A stretch of 58,600 nucleotides of DNA, filler included, from Sphacelaria rigidula (Eukaryota), in assembly GCA_964200075.2 (NCBI GenBank). It is 9 parts of 9 records of this genome, joined end to end, with 100 filler letters (N's around TTAATTAATTAA, not from the genome) between each part and the next. Parts side by side here need not be neighbours in the genome. Positions count along the whole stretch, not along the records: positions 6,524 to 12,946 come from CAXNAA020020164.1; positions 13,047 to 19,468 come from CAXNAA020020165.1; positions 19,569 to 25,990 come from CAXNAA020020166.1; 6 more parts are not named here. One strand, written 5' to 3'. Position numbers and translations under genes: made by a program. Position 1 is the first letter of the stretch. The number at the start of each line of letters is the position of its first letter. Below are positions 11,701-23,200 of this stretch, in pieces. The notes under the pieces are model-generated. The model was not told where the DNA came from. It saw only the letters and a list, made by a program, of their open reading frames with translations, and made no database searches.

Positions 11701-12946
11701 GCCGCGAGGGCGGCGTCAGCAGCTGCCCTTACTTGAGCAGCACAGTCTCCATCCCCCGACATATTGATTTTTTTCCCGAACTCCTTTTCGAATCTCGCAA
11801 CCGCAGCGCGGGCTGCGTTCTGTTGTGTGACTGCTGCGTTCTCGGCGGTCTTTGCGACATCATCAGTTATCTTGGCACTGGTGGCTGCTTGTTCCCACTC
11901 CACTCGCGCCTTTGTTGCGGCCACGACCCTCGGGTGGGTGTTGGTATCATCAGTGCGCGGTATAGCGAAACACGGTTCGGCGTCCGCTGCTAGTAGCTGA
12001 TACGTCGCCTCTGCCGCGTAAGCTTTCCTCTTGTCCTCCTCGGCTTTATTGCGGGCAGCATCTGCTTCAACGGCGGAGACGGAAGCGCAATCCAACGCGT
12101 CCGCCGCAAGCTTTGCGGCGAGTATTTCGGGAGGGTCCGACACGTTGACTTCGTGTGCGGCTGCGTTTGGTAGAGACGGCGGCTGTTCTTAAGGCTCCAA
12201 CAGTTGTACCGCCAGCCCCCTGCTGATCGTTGAAAAAATCACCGCCGTCTTTTCGTCTTTCTCTTCAGCATCCTTCTCCAGCTGTTCTACCCGCCTCTCC
12301 ATGTAACCCCTGCGAAAGCGATGTCTTCGATCGGGGCCGCCTTTTTTCTCCACTGATGTACACCTCGGGCGAGCCCGGCGTGTCGCAGCCTATTGCAGCG
12401 TAGCCGCATTGCATCTTTGGCAAGCTTCCGTAGTCCCCTCAGCGCCCTCGCACGGGCTATTTTCAGTTTCACCGCACAGGGACGGGAAGTCTCGTGATTT
12501 GTCTTGGGACCTGATAATTATGTGGTGAAACGCACGACAGATCCGAGTGCACAAACAACTCTTTAGCACACGTTTGTACAGCAGGGAACGCACGTCTTGC
12601 TTGAGAAACGCAATGGCTACTGTACGTCAGTCTTGGTACACGAGATCAGTGTGCGCGAATCAGTGCAGTTCATAACGCGTGCATCACAACAGGAAGGAAC
12701 ACGTGTTTGTTACGCACTCGCGGTGGAAGGCACGACACATATCATCGCAAAGTATTGACATCGCACGTACGACGGCGCACAAGCTACCACACGTGATTGT
12801 GTAAAACAGCTCGGTTTTCCACGCTCAACTACTCGACTACAGAGGGTGACGGCCGAAAAGGGCGGCATTCAACAGGTCTTCTGGAGAGCTTTTCCAAAAC
12901 GTATCATGTTACTGTACTGTAGGAACGGGGCGCTCTTGGTGGCGGA
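8751..12946 (-). mobile_element. Second long-spacer IS630/Tc1/mariner-related transposon; decayed transposase at ~12310-9464
   Basis: Family-A homology stops abruptly after the TA at 8749-8750. The transposase reads YYTDGHNKPDVVADR, GQDECIFK, KKTEGPGIMVSAF, EKNK*GYW, EVDHSSG, MLWERGL, SPKCHPELAGVGIEYSWG, RRFARRTR and KEHRNIVD, with many in-frame stops. The right end is at or just beyond the contig edge. Confidence 0.85.
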
Positions 12947-13357
12947 NNNNNNNNNNNNNNNNNNNNNNNNNNNNNNNNNNNNNNNNNNNNTTAATTAATT
13001 AANNNNNNNNNNNNNNNNNNNNNNNNNNNNNNNNNNNNNNNNNNNNAAAAAAAAGAAAAGAAAGAAAAAGAAAAAAAAAGAAGCAATAGAATTGGTTCGT
13101 GGGTAAAGAAAAAGAGGGGGAAGGGGGGGAGGGGGGGGGGGCGGGGGAGGAGGGACAAGAAATAAAGATTGAAGAAAGAAGTAAGAAGATAACATGATAT
13201 GTGCATGTCATCAAGCAAGGGACCACGAAGGGAGTCTGGATGTTGTTGTTCACCGGGTGCAGCAGTGGGATGGGACCAGTACACCAACCCCACTGTACCG
13301 TACCGTACCGTACCGTATTGTGCTGTACTGTACGTGACTGTATGCCGCACTGTCCTG

Positions 13358-16300
13358 TTATTCTTGAGCCCACCGAGGCCAATCCCAGGCCGACGAAACA
13401 TTCAGATCCGATCGCCCCCAAAAGCTAAAGCCGACAACGACCATCCACCCGTCATGGATGAAAAAAGGGGAAAAAAAAAAAAAACGGAACACAATACAAA
13501 CCGAAAACATCTACCATCTCTGTCTGCCTGTCTTGTCTGTCTATTCATCTACCCCCTCCTTTCGGGATAACAAGATTCAAGTACGGCATTAGTGAAAACG
13601 AAGCAGGGTCGATCTTCGAATGAATCACTCGTGAAGGATAGGTTGTCCAAATCAGTCGTCTTTGTACAAAAACAAATAGCGTGTGTGAGTGTGTATAGGA
13701 ATGCCAATGCGTTGTGCACCAAGCTGTTGACCTACGCATGTGTTCGTGTGAAATGATTCCCTAACCCTCCCCCCCCTTTTTCCTCATCCTTCCCCCTCTC
13801 CCCCTCACGTTCGTTCGTCGGCCCGAGGCCTCCGCTGCTCCACTCGCGGGGACGTTTCAGCACGACTGGCTGCCGCCGCCGCCGCCGCCACAGCTGCAGC
13901 GGCCGCCTCCGAAGCAGGGGACAGCGCACTTCCAATTCCACTCCCCGTCGGAACCACCAAGGCGCCAACACGGCCGGCATCCGCTCCTCCCACCAGGGGA
14001 GGGGAATTGCCCAGAGTACGGGTGGTCAGCGAGCTAGCCGGAGGGAGAGCGGACAAATTGGTCATGTCCGTCGAACCACTCGATCGCCGCCGAATGTGAC
14101 CACGGCGGACGGCGCCGCCGACGTTGCTGCTGCGGCCGGCGGTATGAGCCCCGAGGACGTCCCCAGCAGCGGCTGGGGCTGAAAGTGTCTCCTCTCCCGT
14201 GTCGGAGTCGTCAGAAGTAGGGGAGCCTAGGCCACGACCGGCGGTGGAGGTCTTGTGTGTTTGTTTGCGGTGCGGGGACAAGGGGGATGATTCAGGGGGC
14301 GGTGGCGGGCGGGAGAGGGGTGGGGGGTGGCGGGCGAATATTGATGATTATGCATATCGTAGTCATGAGATCATTTGCAGGCACGGGGATGGGGACGGGG
14401 ACTGGGTATGCTATTACAGACATTTTTATCTCTGACACACAAACTCTCCCGCGACCCCACGAACCCCCTCTCCCTTCCCCACAAGACAGTGATCGGGACA
14501 AAAACATGACCTTGCTGTGTGAAAACTATCACGCTTATATTCTTTGTTTTGGAATACATTTTTTTTTCAGCACGTCTGCCCATATTCTCCTCGAGTAGGT
14601 ACGTGTTTCTCACACGTGTGCAGTATTTCGTAAGAAAGAGTTTGCAGGTATTTGGTACCATGAACCACGCATGGAACAAATAATACCCCCCGTGGAAAAA
14701 AAAACAAATCAGCGCATACACACCGTACAGTAAAATGCATGCCCTCTTATTTTCACTACCGCGTGAGCTATGCGTACATACATGCATGGGGGGGGGGGAA
14801 AGTCCCAACCCGCGAGTGACAACTGCGCACAATGCAATAATAAAAAAAAACATAGTTTTACATTTACCGTACACACACGAGGAAGCCCCATCGAACCCTC
14901 ACCGAGAACCCGCTACCGGCAGCCGTATCCGTATCATCAATCGGCGACGAAGCCAACTCCTCCGGTAGTCCTCCAATGCGCACCCCACCGCCTTCGCCGC
15001 TGTTGATTGCACCCACTGCTCCCGTTGTCAAACCCGTCGGACTCTCCGAGTCCGTCCCCGAAGTGATCCCAGGGCTCGAGCTCAGACTCACGTCGCGGAG
15101 CTCGCCGTAAACGTTATGTGGACCGTAGCCTGTCCCTTCCTTCGACCTGCGGGCGGGCGATAGAAACGCCGCCGGCGCTGCTTCAACACCGCCAACGGCG
15201 GCGGTTCCATGCCCAGCGGTCGCCGCCCTGGACACCGCCATTCTACCTCGGCCGGAAACTCCGGCGGCCGACAGCGCAGAATCCTCCGCGTCAACGGCAG
15301 ACCCGCTGCTCGTGCTGCCGCGCCGCCCTCCGCCGCAGCTTCCGGCCGAAAACTCGGCAGACTTGAATTCTGCGACATCGTCACCAGTAGAATCGCTTGA
15401 CGTGCGCTCAGAGAGGAACGCGAGCGGCGACCCCATCGACCGCGAGGCGCCGCTACTGGCCCCGGCTCCAGCTCCGGCTCCGGCTCCGGCGGCGCTGACA
15501 CCGGCGCTGCCAATTCCACGGCCGCCTGCTCCTTCGCTACCGGCGCTGCCGACCCCGGTGAACGCCCCGCGGGATCCCCTCGGACCGATCGCCGCGGTGC
15601 TGGTGGCCGCCGCCACGGAGGAGAGAGCGGTGTTGGCGCTCGAGGACGAGGAAGAGCGTGTCCCCACAGCGAGATCTGGCGAGGAGTCGGCGCCGGAAGG
15701 ACTGCCAGGGACGTCGGGCGGACTGATATCCCCGCGGCCCAGGAACATCGGGTTAGTCGTTTTGAATTCTCCCTGTCGAAGTGGGGTGAGGAGGGGTGCA
15801 AGGGTGCCAGTTCACCGTTTCATCCCAATTGAACACTCAGGGGCTGAACTTTTACCAGTAAGTACACCTGGATTCTTATGACGGGGAAGGGGGGGGGTGA
15901 TTTCCGGAGTGTTTTGCCCACAGGGAGGAGGGGAGCTGCCACCTTAGATCTTATTTATACACTAGCGAAGAGTCACGTGTCGGTGAAGTGTGGGATTCCA
16001 TCATGCTGCGTGGTTTTGTGTGTGTGTGTGTGTGTGAATATAATCAAATGTGATTTTGTTGATACACGATGCGTGGACCCTCTTGTAGTGCAAGCGAGCT
16101 CATTAGAGAGTACAGCAAAGTACTTCCGACACGGCAACCAAAACAATAAGTGTACCGTATCGTACATCGAAATATCAGACCGACAGATGCTTGTTCGACC
16201 GATAGCTTTGGGAGAAGGGTATCACACAGTTTCGAATCAGATCGACAGTTGCTTGTTCGACCGATAATTTTGCGAGAAGGGTATCAAACAGTTTCGGCGA

Positions 16301-19224
16301 AAGCTGATAAAAAATGAGGCAAACACGCCTTAATTTTCCTGCCTGCGGCTGCCTGCTCGCAGCGCTCGCCCATCTCCGATTTATGATGGGGAGTATATTT
16401 ATTGCTACAGGTACGCCGGCCGCCCCGGTGGTCCAGTTGGTAACCTCGAAATCCTCTGACGGTTGGGTCCTGGGTTCGGATCTCGGTGAAGTCACACGAT
16501 CTGGGACTGTTTCTCACACCATGCCCAACAGTGGAGTACAACGATGTCATAGGTACAGCAATTTCGACTTCACAATCGACGAGGGAAAGGGACCGCTGAA
16601 CCCCTTTCATGATCAAAACAGAAGGCAAGCACCGCAGAAGGAAGGTGGAGGTACTCAAACAAAATAAGAAGAGAAAAAACTCCTGTGTTGAACTCCCTCC
16701 TGTGTGACCCCGGCTGATGCGCGGACAAATACCGAAAGGTGTAGACTGTCGTCCAGAATAGATGAAATGACAATACACACATACACAGACACACCATCCC
16801 ACCTCTTTCCCTTTGCCGCCGTCGTACCCCACAGACTCCAGTGCGAAGTCGCCCTTGTAGCTCTTGTTCTGAAAACAGGACAGCAGATAACAACGATAAA
16901 GGCGGTGTGAGTCAGCAAGCAAGCCAGCCGATGGGTGTGTTGCGTGAGCGTATTTTACGAGAAAGAGGGAGGGGGGGGGGGCTCTTGATCATGCCTGCTA
17001 TAGCCATCAGACCACTGACCTCGCATCGCTGCAAAGCCGGGACGGAGCGCGCCGGGTTTCCGCCGAACCAGGCTCGCACTCAATCACCAAGCGCCAAGCG
17101 CCGTGGTGTGTTCGGCGAATCGCATGAAGGGTGAGCTGCATCCTACTAAGAGTGTTCGGTTCATAGCCTGCTGATTATCTTGCATTCGGATCAGAGCCTA
17201 CAATGAGTTGCTTTATTTCCTGGTATCGCCACTTCCAGAGACAGGCACGGCTGATACACTGCCTCATGGGTGTCTCACGGTTCAAACACTACGTGGTACG
17301 ATCATCCTCATTGTGCGTAGTTGAGGTTCTCCCACGCCGCACAACATGATCTAGCTCGACTACCATCATGGTTACCGCAAAAAAAAGCGCAAGCGCGCAA
17401 AAATAAATCGATAACCTGGTTGCCTAGCTTTGAGGGGCGTGTTTTTATAGCGTCATCGCCAACCGACGCCAACCCCATCGGGGGTCCGCCCCTACAAAGC
17501 CAGGACGGGGCACGCTGGGTTCTCGCCGGACCAGGCTAGAGAGGGGACGGGGGACGGGGGGTCTTCTCACCGAAGGGGGACATTAGTATTCGTGTACACT
17601 ATTACAATTCAATATGTGACATGAACACAAAAATATGCCACAAAAGGTTGACGCCTGGCTCGTGCCGGTATCGTCAGCTGACTCAATTCCGAGAAGTATT
17701 TTTACCGGACATGCAGTGTTTATCGTATGTACACTCAACAAGACAAGTCACCATAACCAACCAATCAACCGACCGACCGACCAAGGCTTTACACGTTCAC
17801 GTTACACGTCAAAAGTGAAGTCACGCTGGTACTACGGTGGGGGATCACTTGGGGATTCCTAATTTGACTTGACTTTAACCCTTTGACGGCGAGGGTAGGT
17901 CACCTGCTGAATCGGCATCAATTTTCACTTGAATAAAGGGTGCATGGTCCAGATGGACTACCCGCACCGCGGTTCAAGGGTTAAAAGGGCTCCCGACGTG
18001 GTCCCGTGGTTCCCCACCGTAGTACTAGCCTCGCTCAACTTTTTGTGTGGAACGTGAAACGTGTAACGTGTAAAGCCCTGCGACCGATCAACCAGTCAAC
18101 TAGCCCGATAAAGAGACAATCGACTGTTTGACCGATCGACCGACCAATTCAACATACATCAACCACGCAAGCACTGTAACCATGTACACATATGTCAAAG
18201 GACTACGAGAATATAAATACACCGCTAAAGGTGAACGCTCACGAGAAGTCCGTGCAGGTATGGTAGGCTAAGCGCCTTCCGGGTATTATGCTATCCGTCA
18301 CACGACACGTACCCTGCACGGATTCTGCAAAATCAGGGAAAATCACCACCTCCAGCAATACTACCAGTCTGCCATACAACGCGTCAACCAACTTGCCGAT
18401 CTTTACATCAACCATGCAGAGAAGTTGACGTATATACACAAAGGATAAATACAAGAAAAATACCGCCAAATGGTAAACTATCGGCTGGCTCGTGTAGGAT
18501 AGTATTGCAAATTAAGAATAATAGCCATACGGTAGAATTTTAACTTCCGAGTAAAGTATCGTCATCCTATCGGCCGCGTGGTTCACGTCTTGAATGTTTC
18601 ACTATAATTTTGTGACATTATCCGAAAAAAAAATGATGATTGCACTATGCGTGATGGCCATCTCTTCAAAGGTATATTTTCAATTAGCTAATTAAAAATG
18701 ACGAGTGGCAAGCGTGATTTTTAAGTCAATAATATACAATATACCAGAATTGATGGATGGTTGCACGCGTGACCATCATCAGTTCAAATATATGCAGTGT
18801 ATATATATTCAAATCGCTTAAAAATGATGAATAGCAGACGTGATTTTTTTTTAATGAGATATAATATCACAATTTGCCGATGGCCGCACACGCCTGATTG
18901 TTCAATTTTCAATTCGTTGATGACAATCGATGAGTGGCAGGCGTGGATTTCATCCAATAACATACTTCGTAAAAACTACGAGAGTTGATGAAGGGCTGCA
19001 CGCGTGATTACTGTGTATTATCATTTTAAATGTTTCCTTTGACATCAACTATAGTTGAATGGCGAGCGCGATCATAATTTCAACCAATGTATGCTGCATC
19101 CTCGCCCACCGTCACAAGGCTGTATCGCCCTCGAGTCCCACTTTTTTGGCTCAATCCGCTCTTCGTCGTTGTCGCGCTACCAGCTTCGGACGACCGAGAA
19201 CGTATCGGATTCTGCGCCTGGTAC
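13358..19224 (-). CDS. 3' part of a spliced gene for an unknown protein with a long Ser/Gly/Ala-rich disordered tail; exons 19224-19110, 18290-18243, 16868-16803, 15772-14903, 14251-13809, 13424-13358
   Basis: All junctions are GT-AG and phase-compatible, giving YQAQNPIRS...RYSLVT/HNTRKALSLPYLHGLL/NKSYKGDFALESVGYDGGKGKE/GEFKTTNPMFLGRG...GFS/TSTAGRG...DERT/FWGRSDLNVSSAWDWPRWAQE*. The 48-nt exon has a weak acceptor. Confidence 0.7.
16182..16295. repeat. Two-copy ~63-bp tandem duplication (intronic)
   Basis: GACAG(A/T)TGCTTGTTCGACCGATA...GAGAAGGGTATCA(C/A)ACAGTTTCG occurs twice. Confidence 0.8.
16421..16620 (+). mobile_element. tRNA-derived SINE-like element
   Basis: Pol III A box TGGTCCAGTTGG (16429-16440) and B box GGTTCGGATC (16473-16482) at tRNA spacing. 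No good cloverleaf or acceptor stem, and a ~120-bp body follows. Confidence 0.6.
16971..17561 (-). mobile_element. ~570-bp non-autonomous retroelement with a LINE-derived tail; partial second copy at 45657-46043
   Basis: Strong similarity between 17173-17537 and 45657-46023. A 43-bp direct repeat lies at 17032-17074 and 17495-17537 (36/43). The tail is homologous to 32613-32661 and 42625-42697, and G-runs flank both sides. Confidence 0.75.
17782..18080. mobile_element. hAT-type MITE
   Basis: TIR CA(A/G)GGCTTTACACGTT with a long imperfect foldback; 8-bp TSD CGACCGAC/CGACCGAT. Confidence 0.85.
17879..17980. mobile_element. 102-bp piggyBac-type MITE nested in the hAT MITE; copies at 29992-30092 and ~39141-39245
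   Basis: TTAA-CCCTT...AAGGG-TTAA. The same internal sequence (CACCTGCTGAATCGGCATCAAT) occurs in three contigs. Confidence 0.88.
18560..19080. repeat. Degenerate intronic tandem repeat with a ~60/120-bp period
   Basis: Alternating GATGAGTGGCAAGCGTGATTTT-like and GGCTGCACGCGTGA-like motifs in an AT-rich background. Confidence 0.5.
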
Positions 19225-20267
19225 CTGGATTTGAAGAAAAAAACAAGAAGAAAACAAAAGAAAAGAAAAACAGCGACGAGGACAGCAAAAAAAAACTCAA
19301 AAAGGCACCGTGCAGATACCGTGAAAGATCCAGATCATTTTTGTTGTAGACACCTACCTGCGCAAATCGCAACCGTTATTTTCTTTATTTTTCTCGTGCT
19401 CAGAACTCGATGCGTCCTCCCCCCCCCCCCCCCCCCCCGCCCCCCCGCACGCGAGCATGTCTCTTTGTNNNNNNNNNNNNNNNNNNNNNNNNNNNNNNNN
19501 NNNNNNNNNNNNTTAATTAATTAANNNNNNNNNNNNNNNNNNNNNNNNNNNNNNNNNNNNNNNNNNNNGAGCCTCCGCATCACCAACCCCGGCGCCCCAC
19601 CCCCCCCCCCCCCCCCCCCCCGAGAAAAACAATTAAGGGCGCGCATGAAAAGTCGCGGTGCCGCATAGGGCTTACTCATGTGTACGACAAAAGGCTGAAC
19701 ATCAACAAGCCATCAGAGTTGACCGTCAACAAGCCATCAGAGTTGACCGTCAAGACTCTCACAGCGTACGACCCCCTATACCCACTTCTTACTATCTCGA
19801 CGCACTAGCCTAATTTCCCGATCCCGTGATCGCAGATGTAGACGCACCTTTACAGTATCGCCACCGTTTGTCCTTACATAAGATAGAGTGCTCGTTGTCT
19901 CTTTGAGACTCTGAAAAGAACGCAAAGACCACAAGAAATATAATCATATACAGGGACGTCAGAGAAAGAACAAAAGAAAGCTCGTCACCGAGTTGGTCGG
20001 GGTGTGGTAAAACAAACAAACGTATTACACCCGCCAATGAGGTAAAAACGTATAATAAAGAAAGAAAAGGTAACAAAAGGAGATAACTAGAAAGAAATAA
20101 AATACATCCTCCATCCCTGTCATAGAATCATATTATTTTTATGTTACTGTAGATGCTTAACCTTCATCGCAACGAGTCCGTACTCTCAAGTGGCCAACCT
20201 ATCTCTCTCCTCCGTACACGCTCGACAACATACAATATCATGAATCCTGGACAAACTGAGGCCATTG

Positions 20268-23200
20268 TCAGCAATCCGCGACACCCGTGTAAACCGGTCC
20301 TGTGCACGTCTCGCCATCGATTTCAAAGCTTCCGTCAGGATGGAGAGTGATGATGTTCCCTAGGAACAGCGTGAAAGTCCATGAGTTTCCCTCGGGGAAT
20401 TTCATGACATCCTGCCACGAGCAAGACGTAGCACGACAGAGACGAACAAGAGCGCGGTTTTGAGTATCAAGAATGAACGTAACCCATCAACTATCAAGTG
20501 AAGCACGTGAGTATGCTGTAAAGTTATTGTGTGATGCTGCGATATTGTTACCTCCACGAAATGTGTCGTCAAGTCGTCGTTGGAAGCAGCAAAAACGAAC
20601 ACGCTTGTTGACATGGTTTTCATCCAAATACGAACGCACCGCCAGTAGTTAGGTTGTCTGGCACACCTGTGAGCCCCTTTTCCGCGGAATTAAACACCCC
20701 ATTCCCCTCCCGACGGTGGCATCATCCCTCCCCCCTACTCGGAACGAACCCGTAGTCTCAAGTGATTAACCTGCACCTCCCCCCGAACATGCCCGACAAT
20801 ATATCACGCGTCCGACCGGACGGAACAAAGACCATATGTTCACTTGAGAACAACTTGTGAAAAGTCAAAGGTTGCAATCAACTCAAACGAATCTCTGAAG
20901 CGTTGTCGGGTATTGCATCCAGTTTGAAGTATTTTCCAAACCGTCATCAGATATCGCATTTGGTCAAGAGTAAGTCTCAAAAGGTTCTCAGATATTTGCA
21001 ATCGGTTGAGGAGAAGTTCTGGAAACGTCGTCGGATACCCGCTCATCCAGCACTACTTCCCTGAACGCTGTCGCATACCCGTTTACTGAACACTTTTGGC
21101 CTCAATGTTGGAAGCCCTCGTCGTTTGCAGTTGAGAAGTCGATAAGAGGGTAGGAATTAGGACCATTGATGGTTTTTCGTGCAATTTATTTATTTCGCAG
21201 ACGTGTGTAGAACCCCGTCCTTCGGGGCGCCGTCTTCTCGTTTCCGTCGGCGTATTTCTTGTTGTATCCTGTCTTTTTGTGCCATAGCTGATTGAGTACA
21301 GGCGCTAGATTTCTGGAGAACGGTTACTATGAGAACCAACAACGACAACAACGAAAACACCAACATGGTTGAGAGGACAATGGTGGTCAGACGTAATGAA
21401 GTTTTGGGCCTTACCACTTCCTTATTTCTCTGTTGATAAGGCACCAATGCCCTGTGAAAACAATGAGCTACGGCGGACAGTTGTAGGGAGAAGGTTCAAG
21501 CTTTACTTCTGATTTTCATCACAGGTCGACGGCGAATTGTGTCACATGATTCTGGCACCCTCAAGTGCGAGACTTGGGGCATGGGATAAGGGACTCACAA
21601 CGTGAAGTATCCTGACGGCGACGGTCTCTCCCAGCAACATGCCCTCTGTGCTGTCGAACCTGTAGTGCACTCCCATCATCGACCTGTATTCAAAACCACA
21701 GGCACAACAGAGACAGGTAGAGCGAAGGCCGCGAGTATATCGTTTATCGCGAGATATAAGCGAACGATTAACCTGTAGTGCAAGCCATGACGATGCCTTC
21801 CAAGACAGCCCACATACTGGATCAAGACTGAAAGTGTTTGCTCCTTGGGCATGATTAGCACCTACTTGAATACACTCGCACCTCTCGCAACATTTCAGAC
21901 AGTGGGTATTCCGGCAAAATACATGGTTTGATTGATATGGTTTGATTAATGAAGTCCGAGATAGAAAAGCTGCCCTTTGAAATACCAATCACAAAAAACC
22001 ATGGTCGCTTGAATTCATGGGGAATCCTGGGGGATCATCTTTTTCATATCCAATCAAAAGGTGGCCGTCGCATTCCTCTGTTGAGCTTAAATAGACGAAA
22101 CTTGAACGTTGTGCAATACCTGGAAATTCGTTTACTGTACGAGTAGTGCGACACGGTAGAGGGAAAAGATTTATCTAATTTCCCAAAACACCCGTGCCGT
22201 ATTTGTCATTGGGCGCCAAACCTTGCAAATCTGCTGCACTGCAAACAGCTGTATCGAACAACGCTACTGTCGATACATACATGAGCATGACGAGCACATT
22301 GTAAAGCCGCGGTGTTGATCGTGCGAGGCACGTGTCTTGATGAGCAGGAGCATCACCGATGAACAGCGATCACGTTCCCATCTTCGTCGCATCGTGCCTT
22401 TTCATCATGAATAGCCCCTTCGGGCGGGAAAACTACAGCAATAATATTCCCCACGGCGAGTAAAGGGCGAGATGCAACGCTGGTGAGTTTGCTGTGCTGT
22501 ACAGTGTACAGTGACCACCACTTACCTGCCCAGGGCGACGTTGGTCGCCATCTTGTTGATCTCGCCTTCGAACGTTAAGCCCTGGATCTGTTGGAGTTGC
22601 AGCGAAATAAAGAAGACGCCGGGCAAAACGGGTACGAGCAACAACGGTGCACATGTAGGGCCGAGCTTGGAAAACTGCTATTTTGTGCATGAGATTCAGT
22701 TCTCATGTGGCTGCCTGCGACTGTGCTAGAAATCTTCGCTGTCGCACAGGGCATCATTTTACACAGTCTTGACTCATCGTGGAGCCTACAACTAAGATAG
22801 ACATCTGGGATGTACCGGAATGTGTACATGCATTTTGAACGGACATCGATATCCCAAGTCGATGCCCCAGATGAACATGATTTCGCAGATGGAGGTTGCA
22901 CGATAGTGCCTGGCTCCCCCATATTGGTCTGTTGTGCAACTGGTTTTGAAAAACAATCAAGGTTCCTTCACTTTGGTCGTGTCCTCATCATGGTACAGGA
23001 GAAAGTCGACGTAGGATATGATCACGTTTCATGAATGACGATTGTCATTTCAAATTCAGTTGATTTACCTGGAGGCCAGTGGCAGGATCGATGCATGTCT
23101 CGTCAGCTGTTGCGTTGTAGGGAAGCATTCGCTCCCCCTCAACGTCGGCGACAATAAGATCGGGCATGCAGTGGGAGCGTCGCTCACCGCACATCGCCTG

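Noticed and set aside
8907..12315. Matching peptides FAAVTWRG (8805 ORF) and FAGVTWRG (12287 ORF) near the two ends of the transposon
   Set aside because: The likely coding frame near 12300 is a different one (GYMERRVEQLEKDAEEK, continuous with the transposase N-terminus). Short matches like this are expected by chance.
940..12946. Possible Fanzor/TnpB cargo gene in either transposon
   Set aside because: No RuvC motifs or CxxC...CxxC/RDxNA signature were seen, and the transposase remnants account for most of each element.
20840..22960. Short ORFs suggesting an endogenous virus gene cluster
   Set aside because: They lie within introns of the haloperoxidase gene or overlap its exons, and no viral hallmark is present.
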